64,000 nt of DNA from a virus, in IMG/VR virus record IMGVR_UViG_3300032397_000001. One strand, written 5' to 3'. This document shows, in pieces, positions 1 to 10,692 of this stretch (positions within the stretch are counted from its first letter, which is position 1; every line of letters starts with the position of its first letter). The position numbers were made by a program, and so were the translations under genes. Below the pieces are notes generated by a model. The model was not told the origin of the DNA. It saw nothing but the letters and a program-made list of their open reading frames with translations, and did not search any database.

Positions 1-30
1 TGGGTTACCCCTGCTATACCGGAGGGTCTT

Positions 31-462
31 ATGGAAGTTAATATTCGTGACGCACAAACTAGGCTGCCTGTTCCTGTTGCGGGCATTGAGTCTGAGAATG
101 GTAAATTTCTCCAATCAGCTGTGATGACTTACAGTCCACTTGAGTATACTGTAGTAGCAGACGCTGTATCATCTGAAGAATGGTATTCGCTCGCAGTTAA
201 TGTAGAACGCAAGTCAATAGTTATAATGAGGTGTTCATTTTCAGATAGTGGAGCGAATGCTGTAATCCGATTTGTCCTTTATGATCAGCCTGGGTTAGCT
301 TTGCCATCTGCTACGTTTACAGTGACTGCCTCAGACTTGCAACAGGATGGAAGATATCTAGCGCCTATGCAAACGTTCAATGCATATGGTGCGGTTCAGG
401 TTAAGATTTACATTGACTCAATTTCGGCGGGTGATGTGACCATTCACTTAGCTGCGGTGTAA
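31..462 (+). CDS. hypothetical virion protein
   Basis: 143-aa ORF, GGAGG RBS, beta-rich, coupled to the tail genes. Confidence 0.6.
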   Translation: MEVNIRDAQTRLPVPVAGIESENGKFLQSAVMTYSPLEYTVVADAVSSEEWYSLAVNVERKSIVIMRCSFSDSGANAVIRFVLYDQPGLALPSATFTVTASDLQQDGRYLAPMQTFNAYGAVQVKIYIDSISAGDVTIHLAAV

Positions 463-465
463 GGA

Positions 466-2892
466 ATGGGAATTGTATTACTTGGGTATGTTGAGGGTCG
501 AACCTTTGGTGCATGGCGTGGAAATGACATCAAGGAGGGATATTTCTGGAGTTGCTATCAATGCATAGGTTTTAATGAATATATTGTTCAATACCTTCCT
601 AATATTATTGAGGGATATTTCTGGAGTTGCTATCAATGCATAGGTTTTAATGAATATATTGTTCAATACCTTCCTAATATTATTGAGATGATACCAAACC
701 AGGAAGGTATTCAAGTATCATGTAGGCCCACCTCTTTAGCATCATTGGCAAACTCAATTTTATATACTCCACTTGGAAGTGAATGCATTCACGGATCTTG
801 GAATGTTCTTCATAGTCAAATAAATAAGACTGTAATCATCCCTGTTCCATTAGCTCTTAATGGATTTGAATTTCCAAGATTCATAGGTTCAGGAATTAGT
901 AAACAGCCCTCTCAAGTTTTTAATGTTCCATTAATTGAAGGTGTACTTGTTGAGCAGTTTAATCCTGTTATAATACGAGACTCTGATTTATCATTTACTA
1001 ATGTAATTCCAACGGGATTTGCAGATCGTCCTATAATAGAGTCAAGAGTAAATGATCTTATACTTTCTGTTTCTTTACCTCTCTTTATAACAAGTTCTTT
1101 AGCACATTCTGATATCTCAATGATTCAATATATGTCAGGATCTGTAGGAGAATATATTGTAAAGGTTCGAGTAAATGATCTTATTGAAGGGCTGCAGATT
1201 TCTCAATGGGTTAGTTTTGAAGTATTAGATCATCCTGCAACCTTTATTCACGAGTTGGGTTTAGACATAACCAATTTCACTCTACTATTTTCTTTTACTA
1301 TCCCTTCTGAAATTGAGCCTAGAGTTCCCTTCGGTAAGGAAGATTCTGATCCTGCAATATTATGGTATGACCCTCCGCCAGCACCTATTCCATCTATTTT
1401 ACCGATTCTCAAAGTTATTCAATTTGATATTCTGATTGATGGCATATCATGTAGGAATAGACTTTCCGGTGCAAGTATCACTCAACAAGAGTCTGACATT
1501 TTAACACATGTTGAATTAGTTTTCAAGGATACTACTTTCTTCAGTCAGTGTAGCATTACTGCAGGATCGGGGCCAGGAACCGAACGAATTACTGTTCGAG
1601 TAGGTGAAGATATTACTGATCCTAATAGACATACATTATATAAATTTTTACTTGAGGAAAGATCTGCTTCTGAAGCGGGTTTACAGTTTACTGTTTGGGG
1701 GAGATCGAAGGCAGCTATTCTCACAGAACCATTTAGCCCTACAATTACTAAGACTTATGAGAATATGAATGCGAGTACAATTGTGAGTGATCTTGCAGGA
1801 AGCATTCCAATAGTTTGGGGTATTGATGATCATGTGCATTATGAGTTTAACGTTGATGGTTATCCCTTAGATGCGATCCAACAATTGGCTGAAGTGATAG
1901 GAGGTGTTGTTAGAGCAACGCCTGAAGGAAGTCTTGTAGTTCGTCGAAAGTTTCCAGCACGTCCTAGAGATTTGATAAGAGGTGATATTGTTACTGGAAA
2001 TGTTTTGGATAGGTACTCAGCTATTGTAGAAGCTGATTATTCCGAGGAGCAACCTCAGTATAATGCAGTTGATGTCTTAGGAGGTGGAAAGTATTCATCT
2101 TGGGATTTTTCCATAGAAGCTGAGAATGATTGTATCGAACCAGGAACACCTGCTTTCTTTAAGGTGTATCACTCTCCAGGGATTACTATATATAATCCTA
2201 ACGAATCTGGTGTTGTAGGGTATCAAGTTTGTACTACAATTTCATTGGCTGAAGTTAACAATCTCAATGTAGTGGAAACTATTACAGATGAATATATCGA
2301 TATTATAAATGAAGCTGGAAGTTTGAATCGTGAGTGTTTTAGATTAATTTCTACTGAATGGCATGGGACTCCTAAAGGGTCGCAGTGTATTGAACCTGAT
2401 GATATAGAAATTACGATTACCGGAAAGGATATTTCAGTTCCCAATGTTTTGACAGGCCGTTTAAAGGTAAGCTATGAAACACAATATGACCGATTCAAAA
2501 TTCAGTATGATCAGGAAGCTGATATCCTTATAGGTATATTGGCACCTGAACATGAGGGTATTTATATTCGTGTTATCATGCAAGGGACGCCTGGAGATAA
2601 GTTAGGACCTGAAATTCAAGATGATCTTATAACTAACGAGAATATGGCGGTTCTAAGGGGTCAATCTTTTCTTGATGATATGTACTACCGCAAACATAAG
2701 TGGACGCTTAAGATTCCTTTCTATCTACCTCAAGGTTTATTTGATGGCAGTATTGTTAGAATGGAAGATGACTTTTGGGGGTTAGTAGGTAATGCTATAA
2801 TTAGGCAGGCAGATATTTCCTTTGACCTAGAAGAGGAAGATGTTCATAAGATCTGGCAGAATTTAGAGGTTCATATGTTTTCTTATCCATGA
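466..2892 (+). CDS. tail/baseplate hub-like protein
   Basis: 808 aa; hub-like central part (FTVWGRSKAAIL...IQQLAEVIGGVVRATPEGSLVVRR...YNAVDV); context. Confidence 0.5.
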   Translation: MGIVLLGYVEGRTFGAWRGNDIKEGYFWSCYQCIGFNEYIVQYLPNIIEGYFWSCYQCIGFNEYIVQYLPNIIEMIPNQEGIQVSCRPTSLASLANSILYTPLGSECIHGSWNVLHSQINKTVIIPVPLALNGFEFPRFIGSGISKQPSQVFNVPLIEGVLVEQFNPVIIRDSDLSFTNVIPTGFADRPIIESRVNDLILSVSLPLFITSSLAHSDISMIQYMSGSVGEYIVKVRVNDLIEGLQISQWVSFEVLDHPATFIHELGLDITNFTLLFSFTIPSEIEPRVPFGKEDSDPAILWYDPPPAPIPSILPILKVIQFDILIDGISCRNRLSGASITQQESDILTHVELVFKDTTFFSQCSITAGSGPGTERITVRVGEDITDPNRHTLYKFLLEERSASEAGLQFTVWGRSKAAILTEPFSPTITKTYENMNASTIVSDLAGSIPIVWGIDDHVHYEFNVDGYPLDAIQQLAEVIGGVVRATPEGSLVVRRKFPARPRDLIRGDIVTGNVLDRYSAIVEADYSEEQPQYNAVDVLGGGKYSSWDFSIEAENDCIEPGTPAFFKVYHSPGITIYNPNESGVVGYQVCTTISLAEVNNLNVVETITDEYIDIINEAGSLNRECFRLISTEWHGTPKGSQCIEPDDIEITITGKDISVPNVLTGRLKVSYETQYDRFKIQYDQEADILIGILAPEHEGIYIRVIMQGTPGDKLGPEIQDDLITNENMAVLRGQSFLDDMYYRKHKWTLKIPFYLPQGLFDGSIVRMEDDFWGLVGNAIIRQADISFDLEEEDVHKIWQNLEVHMFSYP
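535..687 (+). repeat. perfect in-frame 75-bp tandem duplication
   Basis: 535-609 = 610-684, encoding EGYFWSCYQCIGFNEYIVQYLPNII twice. Confidence 0.95.
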
Positions 2893-2899
2893 GGTTGTT

Positions 2900-3130
2900 A
2901 TGATACAACTCAGTCCGTTAAAGAAGCAACTCAGTAAAGGAAAAGTAATTGGGATGACTGCAGGGCGGTATCTTGTTCAGGTAGGGCAGGGAACCGTTAT
3001 GGCTTACAGTAAATCCAAATATATTGTAGGTGATTCAGTTGTACTAGCACTCATGGATAAAACGTTTCAAATCATATCTGACCACCGAATGGTGTCTAGA
3101 CAAATAAAGGAGGTTTACATCGATGGCTGA
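2900..3130 (+). CDS. small OB-fold-like tail protein
   Basis: 76 aa, GKVIG...YLV...YIVGDSVV pattern; GAGG RBS. Confidence 0.5.
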   Translation: MIQLSPLKKQLSKGKVIGMTAGRYLVQVGQGTVMAYSKSKYIVGDSVVLALMDKTFQIISDHRMVSRQIKEVYIDG

Positions 3131-3713
3131 TCAAAAAGAAGTTGTCAAAGGCAATATAACTGTAACATTTTCATACAAATGTTTATCGACGTCGAGCATC
3201 TCTATTGAGCTTGATGACAAAAAGAATAATGACAAGACTTGTTTCTTATTTGGTGAAACAGTCTACTTTAAGGTATATACAATACCCTCGGATATGAATC
3301 TGGCAATTTTTTCCAGTGCAGGCAGCGTTGACTTGTCTGGCAGTCAGACAACCGAAACCGTTCGAGGTACTGTTCAGGAGTTTATTGATGAAATCACTGC
3401 AACAGTAAACAAACCTATCATTGACGGTCCGAACAATGTACTTTGGTTTGGAAATGATTGGGGTCCTCTGGTCAAGGTTGATGAAGGCTCATTCAAAGCA
3501 TCGGGTGCAGAAAACCTTGATGATCCAGATAATGCACGAGTAAATCTCGAACATATAGCTTGCTGCATCTTCAATTATGGAACTTCATATAGATCTGGTT
3601 CCCTGTCCAATGTTGGTGAAAACCTTAATGATAATATTTCAGATCTTGAAGTATCTGTGATTGTGTATGTGGTGGAAACGACTGAGGGTGGTATAGTAAA
3701 TCCTTACGTGTAG
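3123..3713 (+). CDS. tail tip protein, paralog of 3723-4583
   Basis: N-term ELDDKKNNDKTCFLFGETVYFKVY aligns with QLDDVKNVGKTSFAPGDIAYIRVY of the next gene. Confidence 0.6.
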   Translation: MADQKEVVKGNITVTFSYKCLSTSSISIELDDKKNNDKTCFLFGETVYFKVYTIPSDMNLAIFSSAGSVDLSGSQTTETVRGTVQEFIDEITATVNKPIIDGPNNVLWFGNDWGPLVKVDEGSFKASGAENLDDPDNARVNLEHIACCIFNYGTSYRSGSLSNVGENLNDNISDLEVSVIVYVVETTEGGIVNPYV

Positions 3714-3722
3714 GATAAGTTT

Positions 3723-4583
3723 ATGGCTCAAAGTGAACTTGCAAAAGCAACGTTAACAGTAACGTATAAAGAGGTCTGTGAAGCCACTAATAAAGGTTTC
3801 ACACTTCAACTGGATGACGTTAAGAATGTTGGTAAAACGTCATTCGCTCCAGGTGATATTGCTTACATTCGAGTTTATCCGGGAGGGTTCAGACCGGATC
3901 GATACATCACAATGGGTAATTCGACGTCTGTAGGTTCCGGAGTAGATGAGATTGATGATGAGTGTGTAACGTTTGTGCGGTCTGATAGTGGATCAAAGCA
4001 GTACTATAGTGAAAGATGTTCCTTCGAATGGTTGGGTAGATATCGAATTGTTGATAATCGTGATAGTAAAAATATTTATAAAGATTCTGATTCTGATTCT
4101 AAGGGAGGATCATCAAGTTCTGGGTTCTCTACGGAGTTCGTTAAGGTAAGGTTTGACGGGTGGGATATTTATGTGTCTGAAGTAGTTTCGGGAATAATGA
4201 AATTGACTTATGATGCTCTATATGATCTTTGGTCTTTAACATGTAGTGAAGAAGCTACAGTTCTGGTAGAAGCTGAGTTGCTCGGGCACCCCAAATTTGG
4301 TGATATGTATGGAAGTATTATTGTTGACTTTACTGCAGAAACAACAATTCGAGATTGCTTCATTACGGTAAAGGATGCTTGTACTGGATCTATTGTTGCG
4401 GGGGCATCTATAGGATTAGGTACACCTGGAGGAGTAAAAAGCTTTGTTACTGATGCTGCAGGGCGTGCTCATGTAGGCCAATTGATGACAGGTGCCTCCT
4501 ATCCTATTGATGTGTCTGCATATGGATATCAAAGCTCGAATGCTGATCGCTTAGCTAATGACTCTATCACAATTCAAGGTTAA
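3723..4583 (+). CDS. tail tip protein with C-terminal Cna-B/carboxypeptidase-regulatory-like domain
   Basis: ITVKDACTGSIVAGASI...TDAAGRA...YPIDVSAYGY motif. Confidence 0.55.
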   Translation: MAQSELAKATLTVTYKEVCEATNKGFTLQLDDVKNVGKTSFAPGDIAYIRVYPGGFRPDRYITMGNSTSVGSGVDEIDDECVTFVRSDSGSKQYYSERCSFEWLGRYRIVDNRDSKNIYKDSDSDSKGGSSSSGFSTEFVKVRFDGWDIYVSEVVSGIMKLTYDALYDLWSLTCSEEATVLVEAELLGHPKFGDMYGSIIVDFTAETTIRDCFITVKDACTGSIVAGASIGLGTPGGVKSFVTDAAGRAHVGQLMTGASYPIDVSAYGYQSSNADRLANDSITIQG

Positions 4584-4588
4584 AATAT

Positions 4589-6715
4589 ATGTCTGATGCT
4601 TGTGTTCAGCAAAGTCTTAGTTCTGTAGACTTAACTGTTTATCTCGAGAGGGACAGCTTTTGGTCAAATGGTGTTATGGACGGTCGCTTCAAATGCAAGA
4701 CGTCCATTGAGGAAACCTATCCAGAGAAGGAGAAAGAACAGGAGCGGGTTCCTTTCTCTATGGCAATAATGAGTGAAACTATAAGTTTCAACAATAGTGA
4801 TACTGCGCACTTAAGTGCAATCTATTTAGGTCCTGCAAATAAAAGAGGAGCTCCATATCGGTGGTTATTTAATATACAAGAGTATGAAACGAAGACAGAG
4901 TGGTATAAAGATAAAGAGGCTTCAACATTTCCTCCTGTTTGGAAACATCGATTTACGAAAACTTTAAAGCTCGCGCCTAGTGTAACTCTTTCTGAAGGTA
5001 GCAATGAAGTAAAATTAGATTCGCCTTCGACTGGACGTTTGCAGGTAATGTACAAGTATGATACTTCTCCTGCATACGTTGCAAAGAGAGCCAAACGTGC
5101 AACAGCAGATCCTGTAGAAATTAGCGTCCCCCTAAACGCTAAAGGATACGATGCGACAGCCAATGAGTTTGAAGTATTTTTGGTTCCTAATGATAAGGAC
5201 GAGATTGGATGTTTGCTGTGTAATCCGCTTACTAGTGGTCCAAAGAAACCTTGGAAGGATAAAAGCTCTTCTTATGAATTGGCAGATGAACTTGCAGCTC
5301 ATCTGAATTGGGCCAGAGCTACTCATCCTGAATTATGTCCTGGCGGTTCTGCTCTTGAAGTTGAATACTACTTAATGCAGAGTGCTCAACACTATGCTGG
5401 TGTAATCAATATGCAGAATCCGATTAGTGGATGGACACAAGAAGGAACGATCACAGGATATCATTCCGAGGATGGAGGAAATTTTGAAGCCCGAATCGGT
5501 ATATGGTATTATCAAGAAGAATATTACTGTGTCAAAGGAGAATCCGTCGCAATCATAACTGAGATCATTCCTGTAAATCAAAGTTTTACACAATTGGCTG
5601 GAGAAGCATTAGCTAACAAATTAACTGAATTTTGGGGCGGGGCTGATCATACAATATATAATCCGATGTTTGATAGGCTTGGTTGTGGTATCGTTGAATC
5701 AACAGTTGCACCATTTAATTTTGTTATTATTGGCCCATATCAAATAAAGCGTACAATCGTAGTTGCTCACTTTGTAGGATTCCCAGGCGTTGACGTTCCA
5801 ACTACTTATGAACTCATTCCTGAAATAAGAGATCCATGTTCTCTAGACTGTACAAAGAAGATTGAATGGTATCAAGACTTCTACGAAACAGAAGAATACG
5901 TTTTTGACGAAGGAATGAAGACTGTTAAGCATCCTTTGGAGAATCTTGTGATCCCTTTAAAGCAAATTCCTTTCATCTGTGGAATGAGAAAGATTGTTTT
6001 GATTGCTGAAGAGAGTGGAGTAAAGGGTGAATATATTCCTCCCTTCGGTAGTTTACAGCCAGTCCCATTAGATGGTTCGATGCAGGTTCTTGGAGTTGAA
6101 GAATTGGAATTTCGTTTAAATCTATCTAATATCGCACCGCCTCTTATTCCTGGGGAGTGGATTGCTTTTGTAGCAGAAGTGGGTATACTTAATCCGCCTT
6201 GGAGTGAGTGTAATTATATCGTGATTGCTGAGGGATGGTTTGAAACTAAATGCCTCACTTCAGGATTCGTTATTGGAAGTGGGCTAATTGAACAACAGCA
6301 AGACACTGATGATGAAGGCAATCCAAAATTAGATTCTCATCGTAAACCCATTATGAAACTCGTTGTTATTGAAGGTGGTGAAGATTACGCTCTGGATACA
6401 AGGTGGATTGGTGATGAGCGTATGAGTTGGTATTTACAATTTAAGATGGAGAAGTTTTGGATACGCCCCAGTGATTACGCCCGATATAGTTTAGGACAAA
6501 GGGTTTTCATTTACAAAAATGGATTTACTCCTGTGAATGAAGGGTCAGGAGTAGCTTTAAAATTAGAAGCTGGATGTCGTTCTCATTCCATTCAGCAGAC
6601 TATGGAAACGGAAAATCGACTGGAACCGTTGTCTTTCAGTGATGTATCATATGAACTCGATATAGAGAAGGACATAGTTGTTCCTGAGAAACTTGCAACG
6701 GTTATAGGATGGTAA
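4589..6715 (+). CDS. virion protein with a degenerate CAP/SCP domain
   Basis: HLNWAR...LMQSAQHYA...HS...FEARI...GESVA...HTIYNPMFDRLGCG. Confidence 0.55.
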   Translation: MSDACVQQSLSSVDLTVYLERDSFWSNGVMDGRFKCKTSIEETYPEKEKEQERVPFSMAIMSETISFNNSDTAHLSAIYLGPANKRGAPYRWLFNIQEYETKTEWYKDKEASTFPPVWKHRFTKTLKLAPSVTLSEGSNEVKLDSPSTGRLQVMYKYDTSPAYVAKRAKRATADPVEISVPLNAKGYDATANEFEVFLVPNDKDEIGCLLCNPLTSGPKKPWKDKSSSYELADELAAHLNWARATHPELCPGGSALEVEYYLMQSAQHYAGVINMQNPISGWTQEGTITGYHSEDGGNFEARIGIWYYQEEYYCVKGESVAIITEIIPVNQSFTQLAGEALANKLTEFWGGADHTIYNPMFDRLGCGIVESTVAPFNFVIIGPYQIKRTIVVAHFVGFPGVDVPTTYELIPEIRDPCSLDCTKKIEWYQDFYETEEYVFDEGMKTVKHPLENLVIPLKQIPFICGMRKIVLIAEESGVKGEYIPPFGSLQPVPLDGSMQVLGVEELEFRLNLSNIAPPLIPGEWIAFVAEVGILNPPWSECNYIVIAEGWFETKCLTSGFVIGSGLIEQQQDTDDEGNPKLDSHRKPIMKLVVIEGGEDYALDTRWIGDERMSWYLQFKMEKFWIRPSDYARYSLGQRVFIYKNGFTPVNEGSGVALKLEAGCRSHSIQQTMETENRLEPLSFSDVSYELDIEKDIVVPEKLATVIGW

Positions 6716-6716
6716 G

Positions 6717-9695
6717 ATGCCTCGAATAGAGCACAGAGACGTTTTGTTTTCTGTATCGTCGAGATATTTTTGGGCTCGGATAGATGAAATCAATTCTGAT
6801 GATGACACAGCTGATATTGTTCTAGTTGATTCGAATTCTGAAGACATGTTAGATCCTGAGACAGGAGATCCAATTCTGATTGAAGATGTTCCTATATTTT
6901 TCCATTGTGATCCTGATCCTATTCAACGACCTAATCTCGCGTTAGAAGGAGGTTCAGCAGCGTTTGATATTGACGATATTGTTTACTGTAGGAAGTCTCA
7001 AGGCTCATTTATCAAACCTTTTGTCATTGCTAATTCAGTCTTAAAGAGTTGTGAACCTCCAGGGTTAATCATTGCAACTCCTTCTGGCTTGATTCACATG
7101 GATCCTATTTCAGCTAATCCTCCTGCTGATTATTTCAGGCAAGACTTCTATATGCGTTGGATAGGCAACAACCGAAAGCATCCTTTAGTTCAGAGAACAG
7201 TGGGAGAATTCTTCTTAGATACACCATGTATTACAATGGATGGTAATGTTGATAAGTGGGCCTATGAAAACAATAAAAGACGTGTAGCAATAGGTGAAGA
7301 AGCTAAGCATGAAGGATTTGCTAAAGCATTCGCCCAAATCAATATGACTACATATAACATGCAGCATCCCATTTTAACTTGTGATCCGAAAACATGGTCA
7401 AGTACCGCTGGAATTTTCGAGCAACACCAAGCTATCTATTATATGAAAGACTATGCAATCCTGTTTGACAAAATGTTTGATCTTGCAGGAGCAAGTGACG
7501 GCTGGGGGAGACTTGGCATCACTTACGGTAAAACGCAACCTATAGATCGCTCTGATGATGACCCTGAAACCGCTGCATTAAGCTTCCCCATTGTTTTCCC
7601 AGGCACTAATTATGGAGAGAGAGCACAGACACCTAACCCAATTATTAGTGGTAGTGCTAGATTTTTCAAGTGGGTAAACGACGAGAGAAAGAACTTTCAT
7701 TTAATTCACGAGCTTAATATAAATTCTGATTTGAACGCCTGTGCACAATCGTATGCTTCTTATTGTGCAACGAATATGTGTCTCGCACATGATTGTGATG
7801 GACGAACTCCTGGTGAGAGAGTAAGTGATTATATTGATCCTTGGCATCTCGTAGGAGAAGTTGTTGTTGCAATTCCTGGTCAAGATCCTCCTTTATCTCT
7901 CAACGATGTAATCGATGCTATGTGGATTGGATGGACAGAAAGTGAACTTCATTATGCTGGGCTAATGAACCCTCAAATGAATCACATTGGATTTGGGTAT
8001 GCGTTCAATGCTGGTTGGGGTGCTAATGGTATGTATATAGGTGTTGCCTTAATGCTTAAGAAGATAAGCAAAGGCACATGTGAAAGAGCATACGCGGCAC
8101 CTTCATATGAAGGTGACAGATCACCTAATCCGTATCCAATTAATCTAACAGCTTTTTCCCCGCTAGTTACTGAAGCGCATCCACCTAGGTTAAGCCTCCT
8201 GTATGGTGGTGACTCAATCATTAATAGTTACAAAGCCTTCAGTGCATTTAGTAGGAGACCTAGTTCAACTTACTTATATGGAATCAATATTGAAGCAGAC
8301 AGAGTATTATATGACCCAGATGATCCAGCTCAGACGTACATCTTAAGGATGTATGGATCATGTTGTGAAATTAGTCCATCGAGCTTTGCCCTAACTCCAG
8401 GCAATTCCAATCAACAGTTCAGTGATACTGAGTACTATTACAATGATTTGATACTTTGGGCATTAGGAACATATATGTGGTTTCCTGGATATATACCAAT
8501 TCCAACCTATCCACCTCCATGGTGGCAAACCCCTCCCATTCCCAGAACATTAATTCCTGAAGGAAGGGAATACTTTGAATATCATCCCAGCGGAAGTTCA
8601 TTCGTTAAGTTTGATATACGAGGGCATACTCCACAAGAGCTTTACGTTGATGATAACCTTGTTGATTCTGGATTCGATCCTCTTGATCCTCCAATCATAG
8701 AAGGAGATGGTTCTCTCATCACGAGAACTCTATTTAGAAACTCAGCCAGAGTTGCCATTAAATCTCTTACTAGTATTCAACCTTTATCTGTATTCCGAAC
8801 TTGCACAACAAATTATACAGCTGTACTTTACTCCAAAAGTGAAACAAATCTTATCTCCTCAATCAATCAAGTGTGCCATAGCAATCGACTCTTAGCCTAT
8901 TATTTTGAAACTGTTATAACTACTTATCTCGCTCTCATTTGCAACGATTCAGTTGTTGATAGAGTTCAATTGCAATCATTCCCTTCACATAATTTAAACG
9001 ATGACACAGCACCTTCATGCGGAGGAGGCATCCCCAAAACCATTTCATGGCGAGCAGATAGTATTCAAGAGAATTTCATTTTTCTTTTTGATGGTTGCAT
9101 TTCTGATATAACAATATCATATGTCAATCCTGATGATAATGTATTATACTCTTATGCATATGAAGACATCGAACTTGGTCCTTGTCCTGTAGCATTCAAG
9201 AATATAGAGCGTTATCAGGGCTTAGTAGAGATTGCTTTTGGTCAGCCAGCTCCCATTCGCAACGTCAATTGTACTTCCAGAGTATCTTCCAAATCTGAAC
9301 CCGCTGAGCCTTGGAGCTATACTTTTTATTGGTCCTTCATTCATTACAATGAGTACGAAGAATTTATTATCCCTCATTCCTTAAATGGTTTTGTATCCTT
9401 ATCTCATTCAATTTCTATGTCTGAAGATGGAACCTATATTTTAGTATCAAACACTCCTATGGATGTAACTTTAATTCCATATATAAATTCAATCCCAGGC
9501 GACCCTAATTTTTGTGATGACGTTTACTCTTATATCATCTCGACAGATCCATCTGAATGGACAATTGACTTTCCTGACAAAGAACGTCCTAAATCAGTGG
9601 TTCAATTATTTAATAACAATCTAGAACCTTTAACTGATCCTATCTTAACAGGTCAAACATCCAAAGGGATGGGAGAGTATTGTATAGTAAATTAA
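6717..9695 (+). CDS. large tail/baseplate protein: N-terminal OB-like domain, CAP/SCP domain, long C-terminal region
   Basis: WVNDERK...LNACAQSYA...HDCDGRTPGERV...VGEVV...WTESELHYAGLMNPQMNHIGFG is a clear CAP signature. Confidence 0.65.
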   Translation: MPRIEHRDVLFSVSSRYFWARIDEINSDDDTADIVLVDSNSEDMLDPETGDPILIEDVPIFFHCDPDPIQRPNLALEGGSAAFDIDDIVYCRKSQGSFIKPFVIANSVLKSCEPPGLIIATPSGLIHMDPISANPPADYFRQDFYMRWIGNNRKHPLVQRTVGEFFLDTPCITMDGNVDKWAYENNKRRVAIGEEAKHEGFAKAFAQINMTTYNMQHPILTCDPKTWSSTAGIFEQHQAIYYMKDYAILFDKMFDLAGASDGWGRLGITYGKTQPIDRSDDDPETAALSFPIVFPGTNYGERAQTPNPIISGSARFFKWVNDERKNFHLIHELNINSDLNACAQSYASYCATNMCLAHDCDGRTPGERVSDYIDPWHLVGEVVVAIPGQDPPLSLNDVIDAMWIGWTESELHYAGLMNPQMNHIGFGYAFNAGWGANGMYIGVALMLKKISKGTCERAYAAPSYEGDRSPNPYPINLTAFSPLVTEAHPPRLSLLYGGDSIINSYKAFSAFSRRPSSTYLYGINIEADRVLYDPDDPAQTYILRMYGSCCEISPSSFALTPGNSNQQFSDTEYYYNDLILWALGTYMWFPGYIPIPTYPPPWWQTPPIPRTLIPEGREYFEYHPSGSSFVKFDIRGHTPQELYVDDNLVDSGFDPLDPPIIEGDGSLITRTLFRNSARVAIKSLTSIQPLSVFRTCTTNYTAVLYSKSETNLISSINQVCHSNRLLAYYFETVITTYLALICNDSVVDRVQLQSFPSHNLNDDTAPSCGGGIPKTISWRADSIQENFIFLFDGCISDITISYVNPDDNVLYSYAYEDIELGPCPVAFKNIERYQGLVEIAFGQPAPIRNVNCTSRVSSKSEPAEPWSYTFYWSFIHYNEYEEFIIPHSLNGFVSLSHSISMSEDGTYILVSNTPMDVTLIPYINSIPGDPNFCDDVYSYIISTDPSEWTIDFPDKERPKSVVQLFNNNLEPLTDPILTGQTSKGMGEYCIVN

Positions 9696-9741
9696 ATTAA
9701 ATATAGCTTGTTGATTAAGGAGTTGTCTAGCTAACAACCTT

Positions 9742-10119
9742 ATAAATACCTCATATTTCCTTCCTATACACACACAGCATAAATACCTCATAAATACCTC
9801 ATAAATACCTTAACTTTCTCCACTTATTTAGGCTAACGCTAACGCTAACGCTATAAATACCTCTTATTTAGTTAAGCTAACGCTAACGCTATAAATACCT
9901 CTTATTTAGTTAAGCTAAGGCTAAAGCTAAAGCTAACGTTAAAGCTAAGCTAACGCTATAAATACCTCTTATTTAGTTAAGCTAACGTTAAAGCTAAAGC
10001 TAAAGCTAACGTTAAAGCTAAAGCTAAAGCTAACGCTAAATAAATACCTCTTATTTAGTTAAGCTAACGCTAACGTTAACGCTAAAGCTAAAGCTAAATA
10101 AATACCTCATAAATACCTC
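9742..10119 (+). repeat. left short-repeat array: 10x ATAAATACCT interspersed with GCTAA(A/C) hexamers
   Basis: copies at 9742, 9779, 9790, 9801, 9853, 9891, 9958, 10040, 10098, 10109; four lie in a 28-bp unit containing the dyad TAAATA-N5-TATTTA. Confidence 0.95.
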
Positions 10120-10171
10120 TTATTATGGCTAAAAAGCTGTTTGGGAATGTAAATATTGGGCGCCAAATGAT

Positions 10172-10198
10172 GGCCTCCCGCTGGGGGGGAGCGGGGCC
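10172..10198. other. GC-rich hairpin with a G7 loop in AT-rich non-coding DNA
   Basis: GGCCTCCCGCT-GGGGGGG-AGCGGGGCC. Confidence 0.6.
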
Positions 10199-10396
10199 GT
10201 AAAGTCTATGTTTTATATAGAAATTTCTAGAATCTTTTAGTCTAGAGTTTGAGGTAAATAGGCGCTATTTGAGGTATGTATATTATATGTGATTATGCGA
10301 ATATCGATATATAGGAGGTATTTATCATTGAAAATATCATCATTATGAGTAATAGAGAAGGGTACTTTGTTTATTAACTACGAAAGGAGAAGTGCT

Positions 10397-10657
10397 ATGG
10401 AGAAAGAAGAGTTAGATCCTAATCTCAGTTTAACGAAAGGAGAATCTATGAAAGAAGACATTCAGATTCAAGAACAGTTCGTTAACCAGTACAAGGTAAC
10501 ACTCGATGAGTACAAGCAGCGGGATGGCTTTTCAGAAATCTGGATCTGTGTTCGAGAGTTATCATCATTCGGAAGATGGATTCCTTCAAGAGATTACGTC
10601 GCTGTCAAGTTCAGGAGATGGCTTGCTGATGGGTTAAGGTTGAGAAACATCTATTAA
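10397..10657 (+). CDS. hypothetical early protein
   Basis: AAAGGAG RBS before ATG 10397. Confidence 0.7.
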   Translation: MEKEELDPNLSLTKGESMKEDIQIQEQFVNQYKVTLDEYKQRDGFSEIWICVRELSSFGRWIPSRDYVAVKFRRWLADGLRLRNIY

Positions 10658-10692
10658 CAATGACCACAACCAGAGAAGAATGGAGGTACAAG

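Noticed and set aside
3711-3723. TAG readthrough fusing 3123 and 3723 (in frame)
   Set aside because: Both genes have their own paralogous N-termini, so they are better explained as separate genes
9741-9965. T4-type late promoters (TATAAATA)
   Set aside because: They occur only as part of the repeat unit, not upstream of late genes, and no gp55-like sigma factor is seen
9853-10119. CRISPR-like array (28-bp partly palindromic repeat x4)
   Set aside because: The intervening sequences are 10-54 bp of low-complexity GCTAA hexamers rather than unique spacers, and no cas genes are present
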